This document shows positions 38,823 through 47,109 of a stretch of DNA of 64,000 nucleotides, in pieces. The notes under the pieces were generated by a model, which did no database searches, was not told where the DNA came from, and saw nothing but the letters and a program-made list of their open reading frames with translations. The first letter of the stretch is position 1; every line of letters starts with the position of its first letter. The position numbers and the translations under genes are program-made. The stretch is from the IMG/VR virus record IMGVR_UViG_3300035187_002824, positions 4,659 to 68,658 of that record; one strand, 5' to 3'. This DNA is from a virus.

Positions 38823-39352
38823 AAATAGCTCAGTACATAATCCTGCTTATCAACTCAACGGTATATTCCGGAAAGCCTTCTGAAGAGCAGGTTATGATGT
38901 ACATAGCAGCCTCAGATATACAGCACAAAGAGATCGTTGCGGCTCAGGCCATTGCAGAAACAATGCATATGAGGTGTACAAACTGTTCAATGCAGTTTAA
39001 TAACCTGTTCGGCTTCCGCGTTTACGGCTATTTAAAATTCAAACACTGGACATCATCAATAGATTATTATGAGCAATGGCAAGAAAAGAGGTACAAGGAC
39101 GGAGAAGATTACTACGCATTCCTCAAAAGAGTTAGATACGCCCAATCAGAAAGCTATTCTAAGCTCATCCGGTCAGTTGAAGCTTACGTCAGAAAGAGGT
39201 ACCGAACAATTTTTGCTGCTGCAGAATATCTTTCAAATGCGGTATCTTCATGGGAAGAGTTCCAAAGAAATCTCAGAATCACTATCTTTGCCAAAGCACT
39301 TGATCTCAAAGTTTCTATACAGGCACGGTTTGTCGCAGCGTTACCTGACTAA
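38819..39352 (+). CDS. glucosaminidase/FlgJ-type (GH73-like) peptidoglycan hydrolase
   Basis: AAQAIAET, NNLFG, F..W..SI..Y, YA....Y motifs; N-terminal hydrophobic stretch. Confidence 0.7.
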   Translation: MKIAQYIILLINSTVYSGKPSEEQVMMYIAASDIQHKEIVAAQAIAETMHMRCTNCSMQFNNLFGFRVYGYLKFKHWTSSIDYYEQWQEKRYKDGEDYYAFLKRVRYAQSESYSKLIRSVEAYVRKRYRTIFAAAEYLSNAVSSWEEFQRNLRITIFAKALDLKVSIQARFVAALPD

Positions 39353-39494
39353 TTTCCTCGGTGAAAAAGAAGCTTTTAGAATCATATCTTCTCATGAACA
39401 TGAAAGACTCAACCCAAGAAAACAACCATTCTCAAAAAATGAAATGGACTATGGGTGCGACGGAAAACTCCCCGATCACGTTTACTTAACATAA
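39237..39494 (+). CDS. small HTH-like protein
   Basis: MRYLHGKSSKEISESLSLPKHLISKFLYRHG; overlaps the 3' end of the upstream gene. Confidence 0.4.
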   Translation: MRYLHGKSSKEISESLSLPKHLISKFLYRHGLSQRYLTNFLGEKEAFRIISSHEHERLNPRKQPFSKNEMDYGCDGKLPDHVYLT

Positions 39495-39499
39495 AGCAA

Positions 39500-40945
39500 A
39501 TGAATAGAGCACTAAGAGAAAAGATTGTACAAACACTTGCCGAGGCAATGTCGAATGGTGTTGTTACTACAACTGAAGATGTAATGAGGTTCATAAAAAA
39601 GAACTTCAACATTCAGATAGCTAAAAGAACATCTTTCGAATACAAGGTGAGAGCTTCAGAGATCATGATCGGTAATGTTGTTATAAACCCGATTGATCAA
39701 GATCCTGAGAAAACGAAGTTCACGGTAGATCATTCCGGATACACAATCAGGACAAAGCAAGGAGATGTGCAAGTCTCCATTGAGATGGCGGACCGGTTGA
39801 TGTATGAATACTCTGAGCATGGATTAAACATGACCCAGGTTGAGATCATCAACAAATACCGGTTCACTCCTGTTCAGTTCCACGCTATCAAGAGTGCACT
39901 TGGAATGTACAAGAAGGCGAACATCTTCTGCCAGTTCACGATGGATAACCTTCCAAAGGAAGAGATCGCCGAAAGAACAGAAAAGCTTATCAGCAATGCT
40001 CTTGATGACAGAAACAATATCAAGAACATTTACGATAGAACCGTAACAAAGAAGTCCAAGGAGCAGATTAATGCTGTTCAATCCCGGGAACTTGCCAAAC
40101 AGATATTATCCATTGAGATATCAAACCTCCTGGCCGAGTCATCAATTCAAAAAGTTTCCATATTAAGAAACAAAGAATCAAACCTCAGACCTATAGTTGT
40201 GAATACTGCTGACTGGCATGTTGGCGCTGAGGTATCTGGACTTCATAAAACAAAAGACTATAGCCCGGAAATTCTTGAATCATACATAGAGCAGATCGGT
40301 GAGATTACATCATCCTATTGTTCTTCAGATGTCACGCTTGTAATCAACGGTGACATCATCGAATCATTTACCGGTAAGATGCATAAGAACCAGTTCATGA
40401 GTATTGCCAAGGGATACTACGGCTCAAAGGTTGTAGTTGAAGCGTACAAGATGATCCTTCTTCTTGCTTCGAAAATAGAGAACCTGAAGACAATCGTTAT
40501 TACAGGAGGGAACCACGACCGGTTCTCGGATGACAATGACTTCGATGTCAATGGTGAAATTGCAGAGATCATCTCTTATATGGTGGCTACCACGCTGAAA
40601 GATAATGTGACAGTCATTTACTCAAATGGGGTCGTATCGCAGGAGATTGATGGGATAAATTACGTGTGGGCCCACGGACACAAGAAGCGTGACGCTATGC
40701 CAGCAGACAGGATCTTGTTTAAATATGGAAGGCAGAGCATGTTCAATATGATCATCCACGCGCACAAGCATACGAGGGAGATAAACAAAGATGACCTGCA
40801 GTATCGTGTACTCAGGTTGCCATCTTTGTTTACCGGTAATAGCTACTCAGAAGATCTTGGGTTCTCCACGCTTGGAGGATTCGTTATCACATACAACAAC
40901 GGGAAAGGATACCCGGTTACGGTTGATCATCCATTGGCGTTATAA
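39500..40945 (+). CDS. calcineurin-like metallophosphoesterase with N-terminal extension
   Basis: ADWHVG, NGDIIE, GGNHDR, AHGH, AHKH. Confidence 0.85.
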   Translation: MNRALREKIVQTLAEAMSNGVVTTTEDVMRFIKKNFNIQIAKRTSFEYKVRASEIMIGNVVINPIDQDPEKTKFTVDHSGYTIRTKQGDVQVSIEMADRLMYEYSEHGLNMTQVEIINKYRFTPVQFHAIKSALGMYKKANIFCQFTMDNLPKEEIAERTEKLISNALDDRNNIKNIYDRTVTKKSKEQINAVQSRELAKQILSIEISNLLAESSIQKVSILRNKESNLRPIVVNTADWHVGAEVSGLHKTKDYSPEILESYIEQIGEITSSYCSSDVTLVINGDIIESFTGKMHKNQFMSIAKGYYGSKVVVEAYKMILLLASKIENLKTIVITGGNHDRFSDDNDFDVNGEIAEIISYMVATTLKDNVTVIYSNGVVSQEIDGINYVWAHGHKKRDAMPADRILFKYGRQSMFNMIIHAHKHTREINKDDLQYRVLRLPSLFTGNSYSEDLGFSTLGGFVITYNNGKGYPVTVDHPLAL

Positions 40946-41237
40946 CACCAGAGAACATAGTATCAGAATAACATGTGAAGGCGAGATGGACATTTCCATT
41001 CTCGTCTTTTCCTGTTACAGCCACACCACACAAGTGTCCAAATATTGCATTGCTGAATCCCGGGAACTTACTGTTTACAATCATGATCTGCATGTTGATA
41101 CGCTTATCATCAAGATCAAGATCCTCATCATCAATCTCGTCATCGTCATCCATCCCAGCAATCATTGGTGCCGGTGGCTCAACAGACGGCCCGACGAAAA
41201 TCATATGATCATTTCCTAAAATAACTTTGTGTTCCAT
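40917..41237 (-). CDS. hypothetical protein with acidic tract
   Basis: 106 aa, DDDDEIDDEDLDLDD. Confidence 0.5.
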   Translation of the reverse strand: MEHKVILGNDHMIFVGPSVEPPAPMIAGMDDDDEIDDEDLDLDDKRINMQIMIVNSKFPGFSNAIFGHLCGVAVTGKDENGNVHLAFTCYSDTMFSGVITPMDDQP

Positions 41238-41256
41238 AGTGTATTGTTACGAATAA

Positions 41257-41282
41257 AAAAGCCGGATGTTACTCCGGCTTTT
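41257..41282. terminator. intrinsic terminator
   Basis: AAAAGCCGGA-tgttac-TCCGGCTTTT. Confidence 0.75.
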
Positions 41283-41349
41283 GATTATTTTTTCGGCGGG
41301 TTCCAGGAGTCCTCAAGAACTCCGTTTGGAAGTTTAACAATAACGTCAC

Positions 41350-41676
41350 TCATAGTATCTGCATTTCAAAATACAAAGTTAACTCTTTATTCAAATACCT
41401 TTCTTCTGGAATCTTAGAAAAAGATGGCCACGGCTTAAAGATAAACAAGCCAAGATCCCTTTCGTGAAACAGCCACTTCTGGTTGTACTTATCCACATAT
41501 AGGAACTTTTCAGGATTCTCCTCAGCATCAGGTAGATACTCAGTCACAACCATTAACATGTTGTTTGGTTCTGATTGTTTAAGTGGCTTCAGAAACTGAA
41601 ACCACTTTCTTTTTTCCTGCTTGAGAAAAACCGGGAATACCGATTTAATTACACCTTTAAAAAGTTTTCGCTTCAT
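41350..41676 (-). CDS. hypothetical protein
   Basis: Coupled to the kinase gene. Confidence 0.5.
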   Translation of the reverse strand: MKRKLFKGVIKSVFPVFLKQEKRKWFQFLKPLKQSEPNNMLMVVTEYLPDAEENPEKFLYVDKYNQKWLFHERDLGLFIFKPWPSFSKIPEERYLNKELTLYFEMQIL

Positions 41677-42322
41677 TCTCCATGATGTATTTCAAAAGCG
41701 TATCAACAATCTCTTCAGTGGATGATATCTCTGTGTTGAACACATCATCAAATATCTCAAGATACTTGTCATCATCAAGAGCAGTCTCAGAGATGTGGTT
41801 CAAGTTACGGTTAGAGTTTGCTCTAACTTTGGCCGGATCACCTTCAAGGCGGATACACAGTCTTTTGATACCATCGTTCTTAGGTGCAAACATGTCGAGC
41901 TCATTCGGGAATCGAACATCAGGAACAATCACCAAGGTATCTATGTTGGAAAACCCAACTCTGAACGCTTCCTTAATCTTCTTCTCAGCAATATTTACCC
42001 AGATATTCTCGCCGAAAATCTCACGCATGCCTACTCCAAACTTCTGCATGAATTCACCATATGTAACATTGTCAAAAGCAATGTCATTCTTGTGCTCTTG
42101 AGATGGCTCACCATTCTCATCAACAACCATCCCGAGATTGTTTGCTGCGAAATTCTTGATGGCCGATGCAAAAGAAATGTATTGAACATTCATTCTGTAC
42201 GGACGTCCGATGACCATGTTGGAATCGTTCAGCTTTTCAATTACATAAGCCAAAGCATTTTGAGTTGTGGTCTTTCCGGATCCAATCTTACCGGAGATAC
42301 CGAGGATGATTTTTCTTCCCAT
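41657..42322 (-). CDS. deoxynucleoside monophosphate kinase
   Basis: GISGKIGSGKTT P-loop, SFASAIK, MQKFG, PDVRFPNE, HISETALD. Confidence 0.85.
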   Translation of the reverse strand: MGRKIILGISGKIGSGKTTTQNALAYVIEKLNDSNMVIGRPYRMNVQYISFASAIKNFAANNLGMVVDENGEPSQEHKNDIAFDNVTYGEFMQKFGVGMREIFGENIWVNIAEKKIKEAFRVGFSNIDTLVIVPDVRFPNELDMFAPKNDGIKRLCIRLEGDPAKVRANSNRNLNHISETALDDDKYLEIFDDVFNTEISSTEEIVDTLLKYIMENEAKTF

Positions 42323-42325
42323 AGA

Positions 42326-42580
42326 TTATTTTATTTTTTGTTTCATACCGATTACTGTTCCGATGGCCCCTCCAATAAGATGAGCTATAATAGTGAGATA
42401 CTCAGAGCCTATGTTCATCACTGCTTTCGCGCCGAGTCCAGTTGTTATCAACCAAAGTATACCAACACCGGTCCCGGAAACTACAGCGCCTACCATGTTA
42501 TCGCGGGATGTATACTTGACATTTATGGTTCTCAGATAGAGAAATCCTATTTGCGCGAACAACACGATTAAAGCTTCCAT
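42326..42580 (-). CDS. small membrane protein (DUF5698-like)
   Basis: Three hydrophobic segments, LYLRTINV, GGAIGTVIGM. Confidence 0.6.
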   Translation of the reverse strand: MEALIVLFAQIGFLYLRTINVKYTSRDNMVGAVVSGTGVGILWLITTGLGAKAVMNIGSEYLTIIAHLIGGAIGTVIGMKQKIK

Positions 42581-42618
42581 TGATTATTGTAACGTATCTT
42601 GTAATTTTTTGTTACAAA

Positions 42619-42645
42619 AAAAGCCGGGAGATTATCCCGGCTTTT
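42619..42645. terminator. intrinsic terminator
   Basis: AAAAGCCGGGA-gatta-TCCCGGCTTTT. Confidence 0.75.
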
Positions 42646-42663
42646 AAAATAGTTTTTAGAATC

Positions 42664-42978
42664 TTACCAAGTGATAGCTTTCACAGCCCACATCTGAGCT
42701 CCTTGAGCCTCGGTGATTGCAATTGAATACAATCGCTTTTTCTCCGGATCATCAGTTTGATTTCGCTTATCATTGAGGTCATCAATAATATGTGAGAATA
42801 ACGACTTCTGATAATCTACATCAGAGTTATTGCTTGGATTAAAAGATAACCCTACAGCCTTAGCTCCATAGCTTTGTGCTGGGATGTCATGTTGACGGCC
42901 TGCCTCTGCAGGTACTTCAGAACGGACACCGCGTTCTTCAATTTCTTGTCCTTCTTCTTCTTTTGTAACTTCACTCAT
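42664..42978 (-). CDS. Acb2/Tad1-like helical-hairpin protein (candidate cyclic-nucleotide sponge)
   Basis: VGLSFNPS...KRLYSIAITEAQGAQMWAVKAITW resembles the C-terminal R..S.AIT..E/Q.A.MW..KA helix of this group. Confidence 0.6.
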   Translation of the reverse strand: MSEVTKEEEGQEIEERGVRSEVPAEAGRQHDIPAQSYGAKAVGLSFNPSNNSDVDYQKSLFSHIIDDLNDKRNQTDDPEKKRLYSIAITEAQGAQMWAVKAITW

Positions 42979-43185
42979 AAATAGTTTTTTAAAGTTTGAA
43001 AATGTATTGATAGAGACTTCGTTTACGTATCTGGGCGGGGAAAAGTTACAGTAGTTTTAAGACAGGTAAACGCAATGTAAATCAACTATTTAGCAATTGT
43101 TTCCCTCATTGATAAGGGAAACAATTATCATCCATAATAACCGTATTGGAATGTTATGGATGATTAAGCGAGACTTAGCGGGGAG

Positions 43186-43524
43186 TTATGCACAATAATA
43201 AGCGACCGTAGCCATCCAAAGAATATGAACTACATTGTCAACTATTACGTGTCCCCAAAATCTACTTATTTCAGGTTGAAATTTTCCTGTTACTCTACAA
43301 AACCAAGCAATTATATAAGTACGGTCTTGTATGTAGTGTTGCACTGCTATTAAAAGCAATCCAAGTGGGTTTATACTTGTGAATATAAATGGTATCATAT
43401 AAGTTAAAATATGAACCAAGCAAATCCAACTGTTTTTCTTTTTGTTTAATGCCATCCAATCGTTTTGAAGTAGATAATCCCCGATTAAGTGGGCATAAAT
43501 CCATGGTAAAGCAAATCCAATCAT
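43186..43524 (-). CDS. DUF3307-like membrane protein (cassette ORF)
   Basis: AHLIGDYLLQNDWMA..K, HY.QD, DNVVH; stop TAA lies within TGTGCATAAC. Confidence 0.75.
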   Translation of the reverse strand: MIGFALPWIYAHLIGDYLLQNDWMALNKKKNSWICLVHILTYMIPFIFTSINPLGLLLIAVQHYIQDRTYIIAWFCRVTGKFQPEISRFWGHVIVDNVVHILWMATVAYYCA

Positions 43525-43559
43525 TTTATTTAAGTGTTTAATTAATAATAAATTACTGT

Positions 43560-43690
43560 GCATAACAAGCGGTCATAAAACATTGGGGTTTAATCTGTTA
43601 TTCAAACTTTACCCACATGCAAAGTTCCGTTTCGGCTGATAGGTTTGTAGCTCGCATTCCCCAACGATTTTATACCGCCAGCCGTTACCT
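43560..43690 (+). mobile_element. attC-like recombination site (131 bp)
   Basis: GCATAAC-aa-GCGGTcATAAAACATTGGGG ... CCCCAACGaTTTTATACCGC-cagcc-GTTACCT; unpaired C on the left arm and A on the right arm. Confidence 0.7.
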
Positions 43691-43696
43691 GCAAGT

Positions 43697-44038
43697 CTAC
43701 GTGACGTTTTCAAAATAAAGTTTATTACTTGGGTTTTCAGGGTTCAAGTTGTTCAATGCCAACCGACCAAAAGAACCTTTTTCAACCGACTTTTCAATTA
43801 ACGCAACTGATAATTGTTCGTGAGTAAATCCGTTCTGTTTAGCAAATGAAAAAGCAACCTGTATCAAGTCCACAAATTCCATAATATCCTTATGGTCGCT
43901 TGCTTGAATTTCAGCTAATTCCTCACGAACTTTAATTGCATAAAGTCGGTTCAATTCGTCTTGGTCGGTAATAGTTTCCCATTCACCCTCTTTTAGTTTT
44001 TCAGTAATAAACTTTCTGATTAATTTCTTTGGTTTCAT
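43697..44038 (-). CDS. MazG-superfamily NTP pyrophosphohydrolase (COG4997-like; cassette ORF)
   Basis: KLIR..., KVREELAE, EFVDL, EK..EKGSF. Confidence 0.7.
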   Translation of the reverse strand: MKPKKLIRKFITEKLKEGEWETITDQDELNRLYAIKVREELAEIQASDHKDIMEFVDLIQVAFSFAKQNGFTHEQLSVALIEKSVEKGSFGRLALNNLNPENPSNKLYFENVT

Positions 44039-44079
44039 TTTCGTGTTTTAATTAAATTCCTACTGATAAACCGCCCAAC

Positions 44080-44161
44080 AGATAACAGCGGTTTGTGGTC
44101 ATTAACCAGACCACACAAGGCTTTGCTTCGTTAACGAACCACAAGTCGAAAAGCGTTATGC
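44080..44161 (+). mobile_element. attC-like recombination site (82 bp)
   Basis: AGATAAC-ag-CGGTTTGTGGTCATTAAC ... GTTAACGAACCACAAGTCG-aaaagc-GTTATGC. Confidence 0.7.
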
Positions 44162-44695
44162 GTTACGCAACGCTGCCGTGTGCCCCAACAATATTTTCAA
44201 ATCATTGACAATATATCGGTAATGGTGCATTTCGCTTTCGTTTGGAAATAATGATTGCAAAAAATCATCATTCTCTTTCTGATAAACACCATACATCCGT
44301 GACATATTATCGTAGCTATATTGGACGTTTGCAAGCCTATCACATAGCTTTACATACTTTGCCCACATTGTTTTTCTGATGCCATCGTAGTAAGCCTCGT
44401 TTGCTCTTTCTTTTCGGTTCTTGCCTTTCTCATTCGTTACAGCATAAACAATGTTTGCGACCGTTTCACCAGCTACTTGTTTCACATCGTTGTAAGTAAG
44501 CCTACAATCCTCAATCGTATCGTGTAACCAACAAGCTGCCAATACATCGCTTTGAGCCTGTACAGGTATGCAATCAATATACTTTTGTGCAATCATAGCT
44601 ACCATAGCTAAATGCACCGAATAAGGTTTACCATCGTATAAATGGTTTGTGTTGTTGTGTGCTTCAATTGCGAAGCTGATAATTTTACTGTTCAT
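44156..44695 (-). CDS. HD-domain small alarmone hydrolase-like protein (SpoT-HD/Mesh1 type; cassette ORF)
   Basis: FAIEAH, PYSVHL, WLHDTIED, VYAVT, VKLCDRLAN. Confidence 0.85.
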   Translation of the reverse strand: MNSKIISFAIEAHNNTNHLYDGKPYSVHLAMVAMIAQKYIDCIPVQAQSDVLAACWLHDTIEDCRLTYNDVKQVAGETVANIVYAVTNEKGKNRKERANEAYYDGIRKTMWAKYVKLCDRLANVQYSYDNMSRMYGVYQKENDDFLQSLFPNESEMHHYRYIVNDLKILLGHTAALRNA

Positions 44696-44752
44696 ATTTC
44701 AAATTTCAATTCGTTTTCAAAAAGACAGAACACATAACATTTATGTGCAGAA

Positions 44753-44977
44753 CTACAATTCTACTATCCAAGAAGGATATGGGTATTGATGTCTTTCTCC
44801 GATTACTGGTGCAGGAGCCATCCAATCATTTCCATCAGGATGCCTTACAGGTTTTTTATCTACGATTTTTAAACCGTTCTTAATTAAGTGCAGCTCAAAC
44901 ATAGCATTCCATTCCGGGCCTGAACCTGCATACTGTAACGCATCATCTATTATTGTATTGTATTTCTCATGTGTCAT
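44753..44977 (-). CDS. hypothetical protein (probable cassette ORF)
   Basis: Flanked by GTTATATGTA upstream and TGCACATAAA downstream. Confidence 0.55.
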   Translation of the reverse strand: MTHEKYNTIIDDALQYAGSGPEWNAMFELHLIKNGLKIVDKKPVRHPDGNDWMAPAPVIGERHQYPYPSWIVEL

Positions 44978-45023
44978 TTCGTCTCAATTTAAAAATACAT
45001 ATAACAAGTTTTCAGTAACGGAA

Positions 45024-45179
45024 TTAATCACTTTCTTGATTAATGCCAATAATTATCAAGTAAATGATCGCGTAAATTATAGGAGCTACCCCAATTAAAG
45101 GTAAAGGATTTTCCCAGCTTACCTTAAAACATATTAGCAATCCCATTGCGATAATTAAAATTTTGTCTATTACTTTCAT
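45024..45179 (-). CDS. small membrane peptide (51 aa)
   Basis: MKVIDKILIIAMGLLICF...; read manually, below the ORF-track cutoff. Confidence 0.4.
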   Translation of the reverse strand: MKVIDKILIIAMGLLICFKVSWENPLPLIGVAPIIYAIIYLIIIGINQESD

Positions 45180-45258
45180 ATTTGAATGAGTTATTATACG
45201 TTATCTATTGTGGCCGTAGTTAATGAATGATATAGTAGTTATTGCTTTATAAAGTGAT

Positions 45259-45471
45259 CTAATTTATTGTGCAAAGATTCCCTTCTTCGCCAATGGGTCC
45301 TTCTGGATACTGTTTCAATGCTTGATACTTTTCAATCCTAGCCATTACAGCGGCAGCCTGTTCCTGGAAATTATAATAATCTCCGTGTATGATTTCTGAA
45401 ATATCTCTTACGAGTTTACCTTTCTCAGAATCGGGATGAATGATTTCGCTCATGTTATTCTTTATTATCAT
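45259..45471 (-). CDS. hypothetical protein
   Basis: 70-aa ORF in the minus-strand run. Confidence 0.5.
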   Translation of the reverse strand: MIIKNNMSEIIHPDSEKGKLVRDISEIIHGDYYNFQEQAAAVMARIEKYQALKQYPEGPIGEEGNLCTIN

Positions 45472-45857
45472 TAAAATAATTTACCACCGAAAACCGGCTA
45501 TCGCCTAACGTCATTTTTACCGGCTCGGGAATGCTCTCCTTTCGGCATATTAGGCATCCTCTGTGGTAAATATTTGTACCCGCCCGGGTACGCTCGGGCC
45601 GGAAAATGATATATCACAAACCCGTAAGGGTATAAAATTTCTACCGTCTACCACTCCAGAGATAAGATATGAAAAACACCATAGACATAAATAAAGAAAT
45701 CAAATAAAGAACTAATGTTGAAAGAAAAACCAACTTCTCCCAATCATATATCTTTCGATCGCCGTCAATGTGTAAACACACAAGCGCGTAAACTAATTGT
45801 ATGTACATGGCTATTAAACAAAACACTGAAGTATTTATAAGGATCTTTCTCATGGTT

Positions 45858-46127
45858 TTATATATCGTAATAAGTTTCTTTCCCGCAATCCACACATGTA
45901 TGCTTAGCATACCTTTCTTGATAGTTGTTTTTAATTTTAACACGAAAATGATCGCAACGACAAGGGCCGGATTCTTTTTTCTCCATGAAAGCGACAGCTG
46001 CCTTTTCTATTTCGATAAGCTCATCATCCATAGACATTTTACTTACAGGATAAACCCTTCCTCGTGGATACTTTCTGCTCCAGTCAGCAAGTCTCTTTAC
46101 TATATCTTCAGCGTTCATATCAAACAT
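45858..46127 (-). CDS. small Zn-ribbon protein
   Basis: CRCDH...CVDCG. Confidence 0.55.
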   Translation of the reverse strand: MFDMNAEDIVKRLADWSRKYPRGRVYPVSKMSMDDELIEIEKAAVAFMEKKESGPCRCDHFRVKIKNNYQERYAKHTCVDCGKETYYDI

Positions 46128-46851
46128 TTACTTTTAAAAACTCAGAATCTCCTATGAAGATTTTTTTCTTAATCTCCCCTTTCTCAAACCCGGAACCGCT
46201 ACTACCTTTCTCTCCGTATATGATGATATAGTCAGGAGTTATCTCGTAGAATTTATTTGCAGTAGCATATAGCTCATCGTTCTTGTATATCTCCGCAACC
46301 TGCCAGTACCTGGAGTCATAGTGTTTCAGCACGAATTTATTCTTGTTTACGCGGGGAGAAATATTTTCTTTTTCAAAAACGATTGCATTTTTCTTGGCCT
46401 GCTCTTCTTTATAGTATTCTAATGGAGAAATCAAAATAGGCGCAACACTTTCATTATCAGGAATATAAGACTGAACATCAGACTCTTTAATCTGTCCTAC
46501 GAGTTTCGCTCTATGGGAACGATTCAACCGGTCCGCCAGCCGGATCAGTTTTCTTTCCACGCTGATATCGATACGCTCCTTACACAGGAACGTCTCCAGC
46601 TGGGCGATCATGATCTTAACGTCAGCTACCTCACTACACAGCTCGTTGTATACATTGATATCTTCAATAGACATTTCAGAATGTGGTCTTGTGATACGTT
46701 CTTCAGAGACGAGCCCGGATCGGCGGGCCTTATTGATAGCTTTTATCAACTCGGACATTTCCTCAATAGCCATCATTAGCTGATCAGAAACGCCCCATGT
46801 TCTTACCGCTGACTTAAATAGATGCTCACTATCTTTCAATGGATCACTCAT
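46120..46851 (-). CDS. MazG-like NTP pyrophosphohydrolase with C-terminal extension
   Basis: WG...Q...AIEEMSELIKAI...EVADVKIMIAQL. Confidence 0.75.
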   Translation of the reverse strand: MSDPLKDSEHLFKSAVRTWGVSDQLMMAIEEMSELIKAINKARRSGLVSEERITRPHSEMSIEDINVYNELCSEVADVKIMIAQLETFLCKERIDISVERKLIRLADRLNRSHRAKLVGQIKESDVQSYIPDNESVAPILISPLEYYKEEQAKKNAIVFEKENISPRVNKNKFVLKHYDSRYWQVAEIYKNDELYATANKFYEITPDYIIIYGEKGSSGSGFEKGEIKKKIFIGDSEFLKVNV

Positions 46852-46857
46852 ATAGGA

Positions 46858-47031
46858 TTAGTTTTTAGGGTAAACAAAGATTACACAAATCAGCGCAGCA
46901 ACCATCACAACAAACAGTACTGCGGACCCGATCATAGCGCGGGGATCACCAGATTCTTTCGACTTAAAGAACATAGCCGCAAAGAACAGTAAGAAGAATA
47001 GCAGGAATGTGATAGGCATAAATGCTGACAT
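46858..47031 (-). CDS. small two-TM membrane protein (57 aa)
   Basis: MSAFMPITFLLFFLLFF...AVLFVVMVAALICVIFV; read manually. Confidence 0.5.
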   Translation of the reverse strand: MSAFMPITFLLFFLLFFAAMFFKSKESGDPRAMIGSAVLFVVMVAALICVIFVYPKN

Positions 47032-47109
47032 AAGTTTTTTATTACATATACGAAACCCCGGAACGTAATGTTTCGCCCGGGGTTCACTTTTTTATTAACA
47101 ATAGTAATA

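Noticed and set aside
39485-39512. Second ACTTAACATAA (XerD-arm match)
   Set aside because: No XerC-like arm at 6-bp spacing, and it overlaps gene ends
2275-42645. Similar AAAAGCCNGG...CCNGGCTTTT palindromes at 2275, 37125, 41257 and 42619 as a mobile repeat family
   Set aside because: Positions at gene ends and A/T flanks are adequately explained as bidirectional intrinsic terminators
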